Positions 12,201 through 24,205 are shown, counted from the first letter of the whole stretch. The stretch: 63,041 nt of DNA, filler included, from Folioceros fuciformis (GCA_049999805.1; 32 parts of 32 records of this genome joined end to end with filler, not necessarily neighbours in it); one strand, 5' to 3'. The notes: generated from the sequence alone by a model not told the origin. Translations and numbers: made by a program.

Positions 12201-15200
12201 TATAAAGCTTATATAAGATTATACTATAAGATATTATATATCTAACTAATCTAAAGCTATATATATTAATAAGGACCTTTATAATATTAACTATAAAAAA
12301 AAAAAATAGAGAAAGCTTATAAATAAAGAGAATAAAGATAATACTAAGATATACTATAACTATAGTAAACCTAGATACTTTACTAGAAACTATAAATCTA
12401 AGAATAAAGTAATATATTATATTAGTAGTATAATAGGTAGAGAAGGCTATAATATCTTTAACTAAATACTTAACGTTCTCTTCTATATAGAGAATAAGAA
12501 TAAGAAAAATTACTAAACTATTATAATACTACCTACGTCTAAACTAGATAGAAACTCTATACTAGATAGTATATTAGAACTAAATAGAAACTCTATTATA
12601 GAGATAACCTAAGAATTATATAGTAATATAGAAATACTTAGTAATTAAGTTAACTAGGTAAGAATCTAGAATAGTAATAGATAGTATACTAAAGAAAATA
12701 AAGAAAATATTTTACTAGATATAAATAAATAAAATACTTCTAAAGATACTATAAACTACTAGAACTTTATATAGTAGTACTAATAAGAAGATATNNNNNN
12801 NNNNNNNNNNNNNNNNNNNNNNNNNNNNNNNNNNNNNNTTAATTAATTAANNNNNNNNNNNNNNNNNNNNNNNNNNNNNNNNNNNNNNNNNNNNATCTAC
12901 GAGTAATAAGATTATAGATATAGTTAACGATTTATACGTAGAGCTAAGTAAGATATAGCTAGAGTATAATTAGCTAAATACATAACTAGTTAGTAATTAG
13001 TAATTAGCTATAGTTAGTTTTTTACTAACTATAGATTACTTAAAACCTATATAGCTATAATTACCTAGATAGAACTCTATAGTTAAGATACTTAGTTTCT
13101 TAGAAGTATCTCTAAATATACTATTATAATATTATATTCTACGTACTATCTTACCTATCTACCTAGTTCTAACTATTTACTTACTTAACCTCTATATACT
13201 TATAATATTTCTACTAAGACTCTAGTATATATAGTCTAATTACTTAGAACTAACTCTTAGTATAATAATATAAAGAGTAAATATTAACTAATAATATATA
13301 ATAGTAGGTACTCTACTATTAATATACTAGTACTAAAATAAAATATCTTTTATTCTAAGAAACTAAAGAAAAGAAGTAGTATTATAAATATAATTTATAA
13401 TATAAATATTAACTTAAAATTAATAGACTCTAAAATATCTAACTATAAATCTATAAAAGATAAAATTATAAATATAGTTAATAACCTATATATAAAGCTA
13501 AGTAAAGTATAGCTAGAGTATAATTAGCTAGATATATAACTAATTTATAATTTATACTTTATAATAATTTATAANNNNNNNNNNNNNNNNNNNNNNNNNN
13601 NNNNNNNNNNNNNNNNNNNNNNNNNNNNNNNNNNNNNNNNNNNNNNNNNNNNNNNNNNNNNNNNNNNNNNNNNNGTTATAATTATCTAGATAGAACTTTA
13701 TAGTTAAAATATTTAGTTCTTTAGAAATATCTATAAATATCCTTTTATAATATTATATTCTATATACTATTTTATCTATTTTTCTTTAGTTTTAGCTATT
13801 AATTTACTTAATCTTTATATACTTATTATATACTTTACTAAAACTCTAGTAAGTATAGCCTAATTTTCTATAGTTAACTATTAGTATAATACTTTACTTC
13901 TAATATTATAGAGTCTTTAAGTACTAAAGTATAGTTTTCTAGGTTTTTTAGTTTACTATTAGTTTCTAGTCTTATAAAGCTTATTTATTAAACTATATAA
14001 TTTATTCTAAAAAGGTCTTATTATTAAATTTATTCTTAACTTTCTAGTTTAGGTATTTTATATATAGCTAGTATATATATACTTACTAATTAAAGTTCTA
14101 GTAGTTTCTATTAACTATAATATACTAATATATGTTTTATTTAGATTTTTATTTTAGAAAGAAGTTTATACTTCTCTTATTCTATAGATACTATCTATAT
14201 CTATTATTATAATAATTATACTATTACTATTTATACTTTTCTTTAAATATTAGAAAGTAGCTACTATTCTACTTAGTCTAGTAGTAGATTTTTTAAGTAT
14301 TATAGTAATAAAACTTATAGTTTAGAGAATTATAAGTTAGATTTTAATAGTTATTATTATAGTAAGAATATTCTATATAGTAAGTTAGTTTATATATTAT
14401 AGAGATAGTAAGTCTATTTTNNNNNNNNNNNNNNNNNNNNNNNNNNNNNNNNNNNNNNNNNNNNTTAATTAATTAANNNNNNNNNNNNNNNNNNNNNNNN
14501 NNNNNNNNNNNNNNNNNNNNGTATATAATCTAGTCTAAGAGATAGAAGAGTAGAAATATTAAAATTTTAAGTTTTAAGAGTATATAGAGTATAATTTTAA
14601 TCTTAATACTATATTAAAATTAAGTAGAAGAGAAATTAAAAAAGAGAACTTTTTACTAGAAGTAAATAGTTATTACTTTTTAAACTCTCTTTCTTTTTTT
14701 TTTTTTCTTTTTCTACTTTTTTTTTTTCTCTATCTTTCTTATTCTCTTTATCTATCTCTAATTCGTTCTTTTTTTTATATTATTAAAGTATAATTAGCTC
14801 TCTTATACTTTATATCTACTACTAGATTTAGCTTTATTTACTACTTAGTAGGTATCTTTCTTTATAGTAATATTACTAGGTAAAGTATTAAAACTAATAA
14901 ATTATATTTAATACTTTCTAGTTTAGTATTTACTTACTTATTAAAGAGTATAATTATATATTTCTTCTAAGTATTATTAATCTACTCTAAAAATAGAAAC
15001 TCTATTAGTNNNNNNNNNNNNNNNNNNNNNNNNNNNNNNNNNNNNNNNNNNNNNNNNNNNNNNNNNNNNNNNNNNNNNNNNNNNNNNNNNNNNNNNNNNN
15101 NNNNNNNNNTCTTCTAAGTATTATTAATCTACTCTAAAAATAGAAACTCTATTAGTAGTTTATACTTCTCTATTAAAGCTAAGAATAATAGCTTAATTTT

Positions 15201-15709
15201 CTATACTATATCTACTATATTAGAATTATACTTAGTAATTATTTTAATCTACTATTCTACTCTTATCTATATTATATTTTTCTTAATCTACTAATTTATA
15301 ATTATACTCTTTAGTAGTAAACTAAAAATCTCTATACTATTAAAGTACTCTTTTAAAAGATTCTATCTCTTACTTTAATCTAGAAAATTTCTAAATATTT
15401 TCTATAAGTCTATATTACTAGCCTTATTAGGTATTTAGCTATTATTAAACTTAAATATAATCTAGAAGAGATAATCTTTTATAAGATTCTTATATCTATA
15501 TTCTCTAGTACTAGTTTTTTAATCTACTTTATAAATTTTATTTTCTAGCTTCTTATACTCTATATATAGAGTATTAAATTTCTAGTACTAATATATCTTC
15601 TTTTATATACTATCTACTTTACTTTTCTATATATTTATAAACTTATACTTAAATCTCTTACGCTATAAAATAGTAAGGCCTATACTATTAATATTATTTT
15701 AGTTTTACT
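9235..15709. mobile_element. Five scaffolds of RIP-degraded fungal repeats, including Ty3/Gypsy gag remnants (non-host DNA)
   Basis: Very AT-rich, TpA-saturated, CpA/TpG almost absent. Copies differ mostly by transitions. Gag and zinc-knuckle motifs are recovered on reversing C>T/G>A. Confidence 0.85.
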
Positions 15710-15809
15710 NNNNNNNNNNNNNNNNNNNNNNNNNNNNNNNNNNNNNNNNNNNNTTAATTAATTAANNNNNNNNNNNNNNNNNNNNNNNNNNNNNNNNNNN
15801 NNNNNNNNN

Positions 15810-15857
15810 CCTTTTTCAACCAAAACAAACTACTACCCCAAACTTTGGAGGTTCACA
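15810..15857. mobile_element. Element terminus ...ACCCCAAACTTTGGAGGTTCACA (also at 27007-27233)
   Basis: Two copies end at the same GTTCACA with different flanks. Confidence 0.7.
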
Positions 15858-16327
15858 GCTGGAGACAGCGCATGCTCGATGGAGGCGGCTGTAGGGTTTT
15901 TCCTTGCCTAGTACCAGATGTGCCATTCAGAAGGCTTCCAAATTGCATGGACAGATTCTTGTACGTCGGGTCTGAGTTCACAGAAGAAGGGCGGCTCATC
16001 ATTCGCTATGGTGAGGCCACAGGCTCCGTGAGATTACGCCTCACTACTGTCTTTCCATTCTCTTTGCTGACCCGCTCCTGCCTTGCGTAGAACCCTGGTA
16101 CAGGTGCTCCACTGTGATGCTTACTCGTCGCTTCAAGAGCAGCTAATCTTGGAAGTCTAAAGGCCTGCATGAAGCTTGTGCAAGTGCTGACCTTTGTGGG
16201 AGTGCTTTCCGACACTACTGTCCCTCTACCAGACCCACAGCCCTTCAGAATTTGTCATGCTTGTCCTTAGCTAGGGCTTTGGTTAGTAGGTCCGACACAT
16301 TGTCATTAGTTGGCACATATTGCAAGG

Positions 16328-17275
16328 CTGAGCCAGCCTCCAAGGGAGGAGTATGAGTAGTGGGAAAGATAGAGAGAAGGTAAGAAGCAATGGGAACAGC
16401 AGCCAGAACCTGGCCTGAAAACGGTAGTTTATTCAGCGGAATCAGCTTCCAGCCGAAATGGTTCCTCGGCCATGGAAGACTAACCCTGGGGTGTTGGAAT
16501 AGGCCCCGAACTAGAAGGAGAAGGAAGCAGGTGAAACAGAGTTGAATTGGAATTTATGGAATTAAATCCAGAAAAATAGGGGTGAAAATAGAAAAGGGGA
16601 AATTAGGAAAATAAAAAGAAAAGAAATATGGGGATACGCATACNNNNNNNNNNNNNNNNNNNNNNNNNNNNNNNNNNNNNNNNNNNNNNNNNNNNNNNNN
16701 NNNNNNNNNNNNNNNNNNNNNNNNNNNNNNNNNNNNNNNNNNNCTAGCCGGCTATCACCAGCCACTTATTTAGACTTCTAGCACATCCTGCCACCAATGA
16801 GCTCCTGGCCCTACCACCACAATGATGTACCACCTCTTAGACTATCCTGAGACTTCGGAGGATGTCTGATCTTCAAAGATATGCGGACGCCGCCTCTTCC
16901 TTGCTAGATGGCCGCCCGCTAAGTCTTCCCCTTCAACTGTTCACCCTTGGTGGCTAAGCCATCCTCCAGGGGAGGAGCATGAGCAATGGGAAAGATAGAG
17001 AAGAGGTGGGAAGGAGTGGGATCAGCAGTCGGAACCTGGCCTGAAAATGGTAACTTATTCAGCGGGATCAGCTATCAGCCGAAATGGTTCCTCAGCCATG
17101 GAAGACTGACCCTAGGGTGCTGGGGGAGGCCCTAAACTAAGAGGAAAAGAAAGCAGGTGAAACGGAGTTAAATTAGAATTTCTGGAATTAAATCCAGAAA
17201 AATAGGGATGAAAATAGAAAACGGGAAATTAGGAAAATAAAAAGAAAAGAAATATGGGGATACGTATACGGTATA
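16328..17275 (+). repeat. Dispersed repeat family, two copies (16328-16643, 16744-17275); third copy inverted at 50216-50590
   Basis: Shared blocks such as CCGAAATGGTTCCTC(G/A)GCCA; probably retroelement-derived. Confidence 0.8.
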
Positions 17276-17375
17276 NNNNNNNNNNNNNNNNNNNNNNNNN
17301 NNNNNNNNNNNNNNNNNNNTTAATTAATTAANNNNNNNNNNNNNNNNNNNNNNNNNNNNNNNNNNNNNNNNNNNN

Positions 17376-18562
17376 TGTAGCTTGTATAGGTGTACTTGTC
17401 AATGGGTTTCCTAACCCTCTCAGATCTCCTTGGTCTTGGTTCATTTTGAACCTACCTTGCATATTGTTGCTCCTTAGCACCTGGCGTTTCCACAGACGGA
17501 ATGCCAAACTCACTGTCAATGCTCTCACTACTTGAGGATTCATACCCCTCATTTCCAGTTTTGCTGCTTTCTACTCTCCCCCTCACTGACACATCCAGGT
17601 TAGTGGTCTTTGGTTTACCATTCCGCAGTCTTCCAGACCATGGATTCATCATTGGTCACATCCTCACTCTTTGCTGAAGTACTCTTAACAGTACTCTCCC
17701 CTGTGGGTTCGTCATAGGGTAGTGCAACTGAGTTGCTACACCAGGAGGGTAACTCATCAAATACCACATTCCTGCTTATCAGGATCTCATGTGTGGATGG
17801 CACATAACACTCATATGCCTTCCTATTTCGTGCATACCCCAGAAAAATACTCTTCACTGCTTTAGGATCGAGCTTCTTACGCTTCTCATCAGGTACATGC
17901 ACATATGCAATGCACCCAAACACTTTCAAGTGCCTAATATCCGGCTTATAGCCATACAGTCTCTCAATTGGTGTAGCATCATGAATTCCTGCCGTAGGAG
18001 TTCGATTCAGTACATACACTGTTGTCATCACTGCTTCTGCCCAATAATNNNNNNNNNNNNNNNNNNNNNNNNNNNNNNNNNNNNNNNNNNNNNNNNNNNN
18101 NNNNNNNNNNNNNNNNNNNNNNNNNNNNNNNNNNNNNNNNNNNNNNNNCACAGATCTCCTTGGTCTTGGTTCATTTTGAACCTGCCTTGCATATTGTTGC
18201 TCCTTAGCACCTGGCGTTTCCATAGACAGAATTCGAAACTCACTGTCAATGCTCTCACTACTTGAGGATTCATATTCCTCATTTCCAGTTTTACTGCTTT
18301 CTACTCTCCCCCTCACTGACGTATTCGGGTCAGTGGTCTTTGGTTTACCATTCCGCAGTCTTCTAGACCATGGATCCACCGTTGGTGATCCACCATTGGT
18401 CACATCCTCACTCTTTGCTGGAGTACTCTTAATAGTACTCTCCCCTGTGGGTTCGTCATAGGGTAGTGCAACTGAGTTGCTATACCAGGAGGCTAACTCA
18501 TCAAATACCACATCTCTGCTTATCAGGATCTCATGTGTGGATGGCACATAACACTTATATGC
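17376..18562 (-). mobile_element. pol: Ty1/Copia integrase C-terminus and linker, two overlapping paralogous copies
   Basis: YWAEAVMTTVYVLNRTP, HLKVFGCIAYVHVP, KLDPKAVKSIFLGY, ISRNVVFDE. Confidence 0.9.
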
Positions 18563-18662
18563 NNNNNNNNNNNNNNNNNNNNNNNNNNNNNNNNNNNNNN
18601 NNNNNNTTAATTAATTAANNNNNNNNNNNNNNNNNNNNNNNNNNNNNNNNNNNNNNNNNNNN

Positions 18663-19697
18663 GAAGCCATGTGGCTTGCTCGTTTAGTGGGAGATTTGGG
18701 GATCAAGGTTGAGCTGCCAGTGTTGCATTGTGATAGCCAGAGTGCTATTCAATTGCCAAAGAATCCAGTGTTTCATGCGTAGACCAAACATGTGGAAGTG
18801 AAGTATCACTTCATTCGAGAGGTGTTGGAAGACAAGAGGGTACAACTTGTCAAAGTTCACACCAGTCAGAACCCTGCAAATGTTCTTACCAAGGGCCTTT
18901 CTTCGGAACAATTCGCACAAGCTCGGACACTCATGGGCATAAGGTAGATCACTCCCCTATGGAGGTAAATTGGCCTTTAAGGGGGCGGTTGTAGGGTTCT
19001 TAAAGCCCAATGTGCTTAGACTAATGTGTTTAGTCTAAGATTAGTGNNNNNNNNNNNNNNNNNNNNNNNNNNNNNNNNNNNNNNNNNNNNNNNNNNNNNN
19101 NNNNNNNNNNNNNNNNNNNNNNNNNNNNNNNNNNNNNNNNNNNNNNTGAGCTGCCAGTGTTGCATTGTGATAGCCAGAGTGCTATTCAATTGGTGAAGAA
19201 TCCAGTGTTTTATGCGAAGACCAAACATGTGGAAGTGAAGTATCACTTCATTTGAGAGGTGTTGGAAGACAAGAGGGTACAACTTGTCAAAGTTCACACC
19301 AATCAGAACCCTGCACATATTCTTACCAAGGGGCTCTCCATGGAGCAATTCGTACAAGCTCGGACACTCATGGGCATAAGGTAGACCACTGTCCTATGAA
19401 GGTAAACTGGCCTTTAACTAGCAGGTTATAAGGTTATTAAAGCCCAGTGTGCTTAGACTAATGTGTTTAGTCTAAGATTAGTGTCTAGTTAAGTATCATT
19501 TATTTAGATTAGCTTAAGCTAATATATAGGAAGCTTCTTATGCAACTTCCTGTGTGCTTCTTGTGAAGCTTCCTTGGGAGCTCTTCTAGAGGGTATAAAT
19601 ACCCTCTTGAGCTCCCTTGCAATATTGAGAGACAGAGAGTGAGACCTTTCTTTCTCCTCTCCTCCTTCATCATGTGGCTCCCCTAAGCGATCCTTCA
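18663..19697 (+). mobile_element. Two Copia 3' ends: RNase H - PPT - LTR (LTR starts 18990 and 19427; second ends 19697)
   Basis: CDSQSAIQL.KNPVF.A.TKHVEVKYHFI; PPT AAGGGGGCGG before TGTAGGG; LTR matches 8044-8335. Confidence 0.9.
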
Positions 19698-20162
19698 CTT
19701 AGAACTTCTTGACCTGAACTGCCTCTTGCTCCCATACCCTATAAGTGACCAAGCCCCAAAGGTGGAGGAAGAACAGGCATCCCACAAATGTGAGTTACAG
19801 TATTCTTCAACCACTCTAAGACAAGGTCAATGATCTCCTTGAGCTGCTCCAACTCAATAGCTTGCTCCTATTATTGTTGGAGAAGCTGAGCCTTGGTAAG
19901 CCTGCGCATTGACGGAACCTCGAAGCTATCTTCGACGCGCCCACCAGCTTGAGCCCTAGAAGACCCTGTAGAACTTGCCTTGTCTTTCCTCTTGCNNNNN
20001 NNNNNNNNNNNNNNNNNNNNNNNNNNNNNNNNNNNNNNNTTAATTAATTAANNNNNNNNNNNNNNNNNNNNNNNNNNNNNNNNNNNNNNNNNNNNAGGAC
20101 ACTAGGCAACCACAGGTGCAGGAGTGCAGTGACATTTGGAGCATGAGAAGAGATAAGGCAGG

Positions 20163-21272
20163 ATGAGGTCGTGTCCTGAGCTGCTGCCAAGAGTACTGGT
20201 GACTAAACAGGAGGAAGGGCCTCTTGTCCTGAAAATTGACGTGCTCCTGTGGTCTAATATGGAGCACTGGAGGGTCAGAGCCAAAGGGCTGGTCGGAGAA
20301 CTAGGCCTCGGGTTCATGACCCAGAGGTGGAACCATGCAACGCCGCAACTGGTCAGGGAGTGCGCCCTGAAGCTGAGATAGCCAGTTCGAGAGGAGGGAA
20401 TCTGTGGCAGACCCCAGGACTGGAACCTGGAGCTGGTGAGGCGGGTGTATGGCCGCGATCAGCAGGAGGAGGGAGGACTAGTGCTGGAGTCCATGAAGAA
20501 GCGTGGCAGCACAGTGGTCGCCGAGGTGCTGTTCAAACCGGGCACCAAAAAGGAAGCCAATGGGTGGCTGATCCATGACATGGCCAACCCCCAGCTGATG
20601 GGTCTGGCCAGATGGTTCCTTAGCTTCGTACAGGTTCGCAAGTAGGATTATCCGTCTGATCAGATGCTCTTGTTCGTGCACGAGGTTGTCAAAGGGAGCA
20701 AGGTGGATTGGGGGAAAATCTTGTACGCCAAGATGGACGAGGAGAGGCAGAATCTGACCCTACCTTCTCCTCGGCCTTCGATGATCTCCCCCTTCTTAGT
20801 CCATATTTACTGCTATGCTAACCTTGTGTCTGAACTGGAGGTACTCGCCTCGCTGCATATGTGGAGACCGATAAGGGATATGAAGTGGAAGACGCCGGGC
20901 CAGTGAGAGCCGACTCCAGCAGCTGGGAGTCGGGCATCGCGGACAGCTCGGAGGAGGAGAGACCCCCACCAAGCAGAAGAGGAAGGTGGGGGCAGGGAAG
21001 AAGACTCTTGCCAAGAAGAGACGGGCCAGCGGGCAGATCGCCAAGAGAGGAAGCGAGCCAGCGCCAGAGGAGCCAGCCCCGGAACAGGCTGAACAGGAAC
21101 CAATAGGAACCTGCTGGACNNNNNNNNNNNNNNNNNNNNNNNNNNNNNNNNNNNNNNNNNNNNNNNNNNNNNNNNNNNNNNNNNNNNNNNNNNNNNNNNN
21201 NNNNNNNNNNNNNNNNNNNTGGCTGAGCATGCAGGCGAAGAGGGAGGCTGAGGCCCGGAGCAAGGAGGCAGA
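20163..21272 (+). pseudogene. Diverged copy of the multi-copy retroelement accessory ORF (MRS.PEL... family)
   Basis: WNHATPQLVRECAL, RRVYGRDQQEEGGLVLES, KVDWGKILYAKMDEERQNL; frameshifts and a stop. Confidence 0.8.
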
Positions 21273-21849
21273 TGGTCACAACATTAAAGCAGAAAATTGT
21301 GGTATTTTTTATTTGTTAGGTTATAATACATTATCTTAGTATTGTATAAGTATGGTGATAGCATTTAATGAACCTGATATAAGCTAGAGGAGACTTTGTT
21401 GTAAATAGGACTTGTAAATAGGACTTTGGAATGTGTGTTGGATCTTTTTTATGCTGGTATTATACTATTATATAAATCATAAATATGACACTATGGACTC
21501 TGAAACGAACAAAGTGTCATATCCTTCATAGATAACCTTTTTATGTGATAACTTGACTTTGTTGGACATAGGACTTGACTCATATCCTCTATAGATAATT
21601 TTAGTATGTTATAACTTGAATTTGTTGGACATGGGACTTGATTGGGATCTGTTTTCTTTTTCTACTGATTGGGATCTTTTTATTGTTTGTATTGACTGGG
21701 ATTTATTTTTTGGTTTGTATTGTATGATTATATACAACCATAAATGTGGNNNNNNNNNNNNNNNNNNNNNNNNNNNNNNNNNNNNNNNNNNNNTTAATTA
21801 ATTAANNNNNNNNNNNNNNNNNNNNNNNNNNNNNNNNNNNNNNNNNNNN

Positions 21850-22360
21850 TTGATGTAGTCGTTTCCGTCATTGCCGTAGAAGCTGTCCGCATAATCTCCA
21901 CCAACGAACCGATCCGCAAATTCTGTACCGTTGGCGTTCAGCCGCTCGATTCCCTTGACGCTGCCGGCGAGAGCGCCGCCGAGCACAATGGACCCGTCGT
22001 CGTGCATGATTGCTATTCTGGGCTGATCATCCTGTTCGGAAGGCCAGATAAGGAGAAAGACGACACCGCTTCCCCCGTCTATATCCAATACACCACCGGT
22101 TTCGAAGATGGTATCGTCACCCCCCTTCCCACGCACGACATCGTTGCCGGTACCAAGCTCAAGATAGTCGGCTCGGCTTCCGCCAGTGATCACATCGCCT
22201 GCATCCGTACCTTTATAGTTCAGCTTTTCGGCGCGGGTCAGAACATCCCAGTCTCGACCACCGGCCTTGACGGTAAAGTTTCCATCGCCGAAATCCAGCG
22301 AGACGGACGCGACATTCCCATTCGCAAGCCTGTTGCGCCAGACGATGAAAACGGTGTCAG
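21850..22360 (-). CDS. Internal fragment of a bacterial RTX/haemolysin-type calcium-binding repeat protein
   Basis: One frame open across all 511 bp: GTDAGDVITGGSRADYLELGTGNDVVRGKGGDDTI...GIERLNANGTEFADRFVGGDYADSFYGNDGNDYI (GGxGxD-type nonapeptides); no introns; CpG-rich. Confidence 0.85.
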
Positions 22361-22370
22361 NNNNNNNNNN

Positions 22371-22881
22371 TTGATGTAGTCGTTTCCGTCATTGCCGTAG
22401 AAGCTGTCCGCATAATCTCCACCAACGAACCGATCCGCAAATTCTGTACCGTTGGCGTTCAGCCGCTCGATTCCCTTGACGCTGCCGGCGAGAGCGCCGC
22501 CGAGCACAATGGACCCGTCGTCGTGCATGATTGCTATTCTGGGCTGATCATCCTGTTCGGAAGGCCAGATAAGGAGAAAGACGACACCGCTTCCCCCGTC
22601 TATATCCAATACACCACCGGTTTCGAAGATGGTATCGTCACCCCCCTTCCCACGCACGACATCGTTGCCGGTACCAAGCTCAAGATAGTCGGCTCGGCTT
22701 CCGCCAGTGATCACATCGCCTGCATCCGTACCTTTATAGTTCAGCTTTTCGGCGCGGGTCAGAACATCCCAGTCTCGACCACCGGCCTTGACGGTAAAGT
22801 TTCCATCGCCGAAATCCAGCGAGACGGACGCGACATTCCCATTCGCAAGCCTGTTGCGCCAGACGATGAAAACGGTGTCAG
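22371..22881 (-). other. Exact duplicate of 21850-22360 across a 10-N gap (assembly artefact)
   Basis: Same length and ends, and no difference seen. Confidence 0.85.
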
Positions 22882-23036
22882 NNNNNNNNNNNNNNNNNNN
22901 NNNNNNNNNNNNNNNNNNNNNNNNNTTAATTAATTAANNNNNNNNNNNNNNNNNNNNNNNNNNNNNNNNNNNNNNNNNNNNCCTCTGTACTTAAAATTTT
23001 ATTTTGAAAGATCCTCAACTCTTCAGAAGGAAAAAA

Positions 23037-23143
23037 AACCTCATGCTAAGGTGTTTCCTAAGCTCAAGAACCTCATGGCTAAGTTTTTCCTAAGCTCAAG
23101 AATCTCATAGCTAAGTTGTTTCCTATGCTCAAGAACCTCATGC
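23037..23143 (+). repeat. ~32-33-bp imperfect tandem repeat, ~3 copies
   Basis: AACCTCAT(G)GCTAAGT..TTTCCTAAGCTCAAG repeated. Confidence 0.8.
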
Positions 23144-23370
23144 ACATCTTTGATGCATCAAGGAGGTCGATTTATTTTAAAAAGACAATATGAAAAAACC
23201 AATATGAAAAATCCATCCATCCATAATGAGGGAGATAAATCTTGATTACACACTAGGGCTACCCCTGACCTAGTTTCACTACCACTAGAGTCCTAGGTCC
23301 TCCAAGCTAGTAAGGAGAAAGAGTCTTCACTACCACTAGAGTCATAGGAAGCTTCCAATCTTAGGACCTA

Positions 23371-23780
23371 GGAAGCGGCGCAAGAAGCGCGTGGGAAGCT
23401 GCGCAAGAAGCGCGTGGGAAGCTGCGCAAGAAGCGCGTGGGAAGCTGCGCAAGAAGCGCGTGGGAAGCTGCGCAAGAAGCGCGTGGGAAGCTGCGCAAGA
23501 AGCGCGTGGGAAGCTGCGCAAGAAGCGCGTGGGAAGCTGCGCAAGAAGCGCGTGGGAAGCTGNNNNNNNNNNNNNNNNNNNNNNNNNNNNNNNNNNNNNN
23601 NNNNNNNNNNNNNNNNNNNNNNNNNNNNNNNNNNNNNNNNNNNNNNNNNNNNNNNNNNNNNNGCATCGGAAGCTGCGCAAGAAGCGCATCGGAAGCTGCG
23701 CAAGAAGCGCATCGGAAGCTGCGCAAGAAGCGCATCGGAAGCTGCGCAAGAAGCGCATCGGAAGCTGCGCAAGAAGCTTC
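23371..23780 (+). repeat. 23-bp tandem array (GAAGCTGCGCAAGAAGCGCGTGG / ...GCATCG), at least 13 copies spanning a gap, inside an inverted Copia LTR
   Basis: ~8 copies left and ~5 right of the gap; 23781-23880 is the reverse complement of the LTR 5' part at 8047-8145. Confidence 0.95.
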
Positions 23781-24205
23781 CAACTGATTAGCTTAAGCTA
23801 ATCTAAACTAATGGTACTTAACTAGACACTAATCTTACACTAAACACGTTAGTCTAAGCACATTGGACTTTATTAACCCTTTTAAAAGTCCAAAACATAG
23901 GACATCATGCTTGACCATGGAGAAAAGTCTAAAACATGGGACACAATGCTTGACCATGGAGAAAAATCTAAAACGTCATGTTGGAGTGACTTCGTTTATG
24001 TAGAACCAGCCAACTGGGCAAGTGGATGGATGGGTGCATGAGTTACAATGCTTGAGCATGGAGAAAAGTCTAAAATGTTAGGCTAGAGTGATTTCTTCTA
24101 TGAAGNNNNNNNNNNNNNNNNNNNNNNNNNNNNNNNNNNNNNNNNNNNNTTAATTAATTAANNNNNNNNNNNNNNNNNNNNNNNNNNNNNNNNNNNNNNN
24201 NNNNN

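Noticed and set aside
9235-15709. Organellar, plasmid or alternative-genetic-code DNA
   Set aside because: Near absence of CpA/TpG (hence of ATG, TGG, CAN codons) and transition-dominated repeat divergence fit RIP, not coding AT-rich DNA.
21850-22881. Tandem gene duplication, or horizontal transfer into the plant
   Set aside because: Identical halves around a 10-N gap (also 47546-48687) look like assembler output; no plant flank supports transfer.
23371-23780. CRISPR-like array (also 937-1082, 46501-46750, 49205-49595)
   Set aside because: Head-to-tail repeats without unique spacers, and no cas genes.
23342-23801. Long ORFs in all six frames
   Set aside because: By-product of a stop-free 23-bp repeat plus an N gap; the same applies to 49103-49915.
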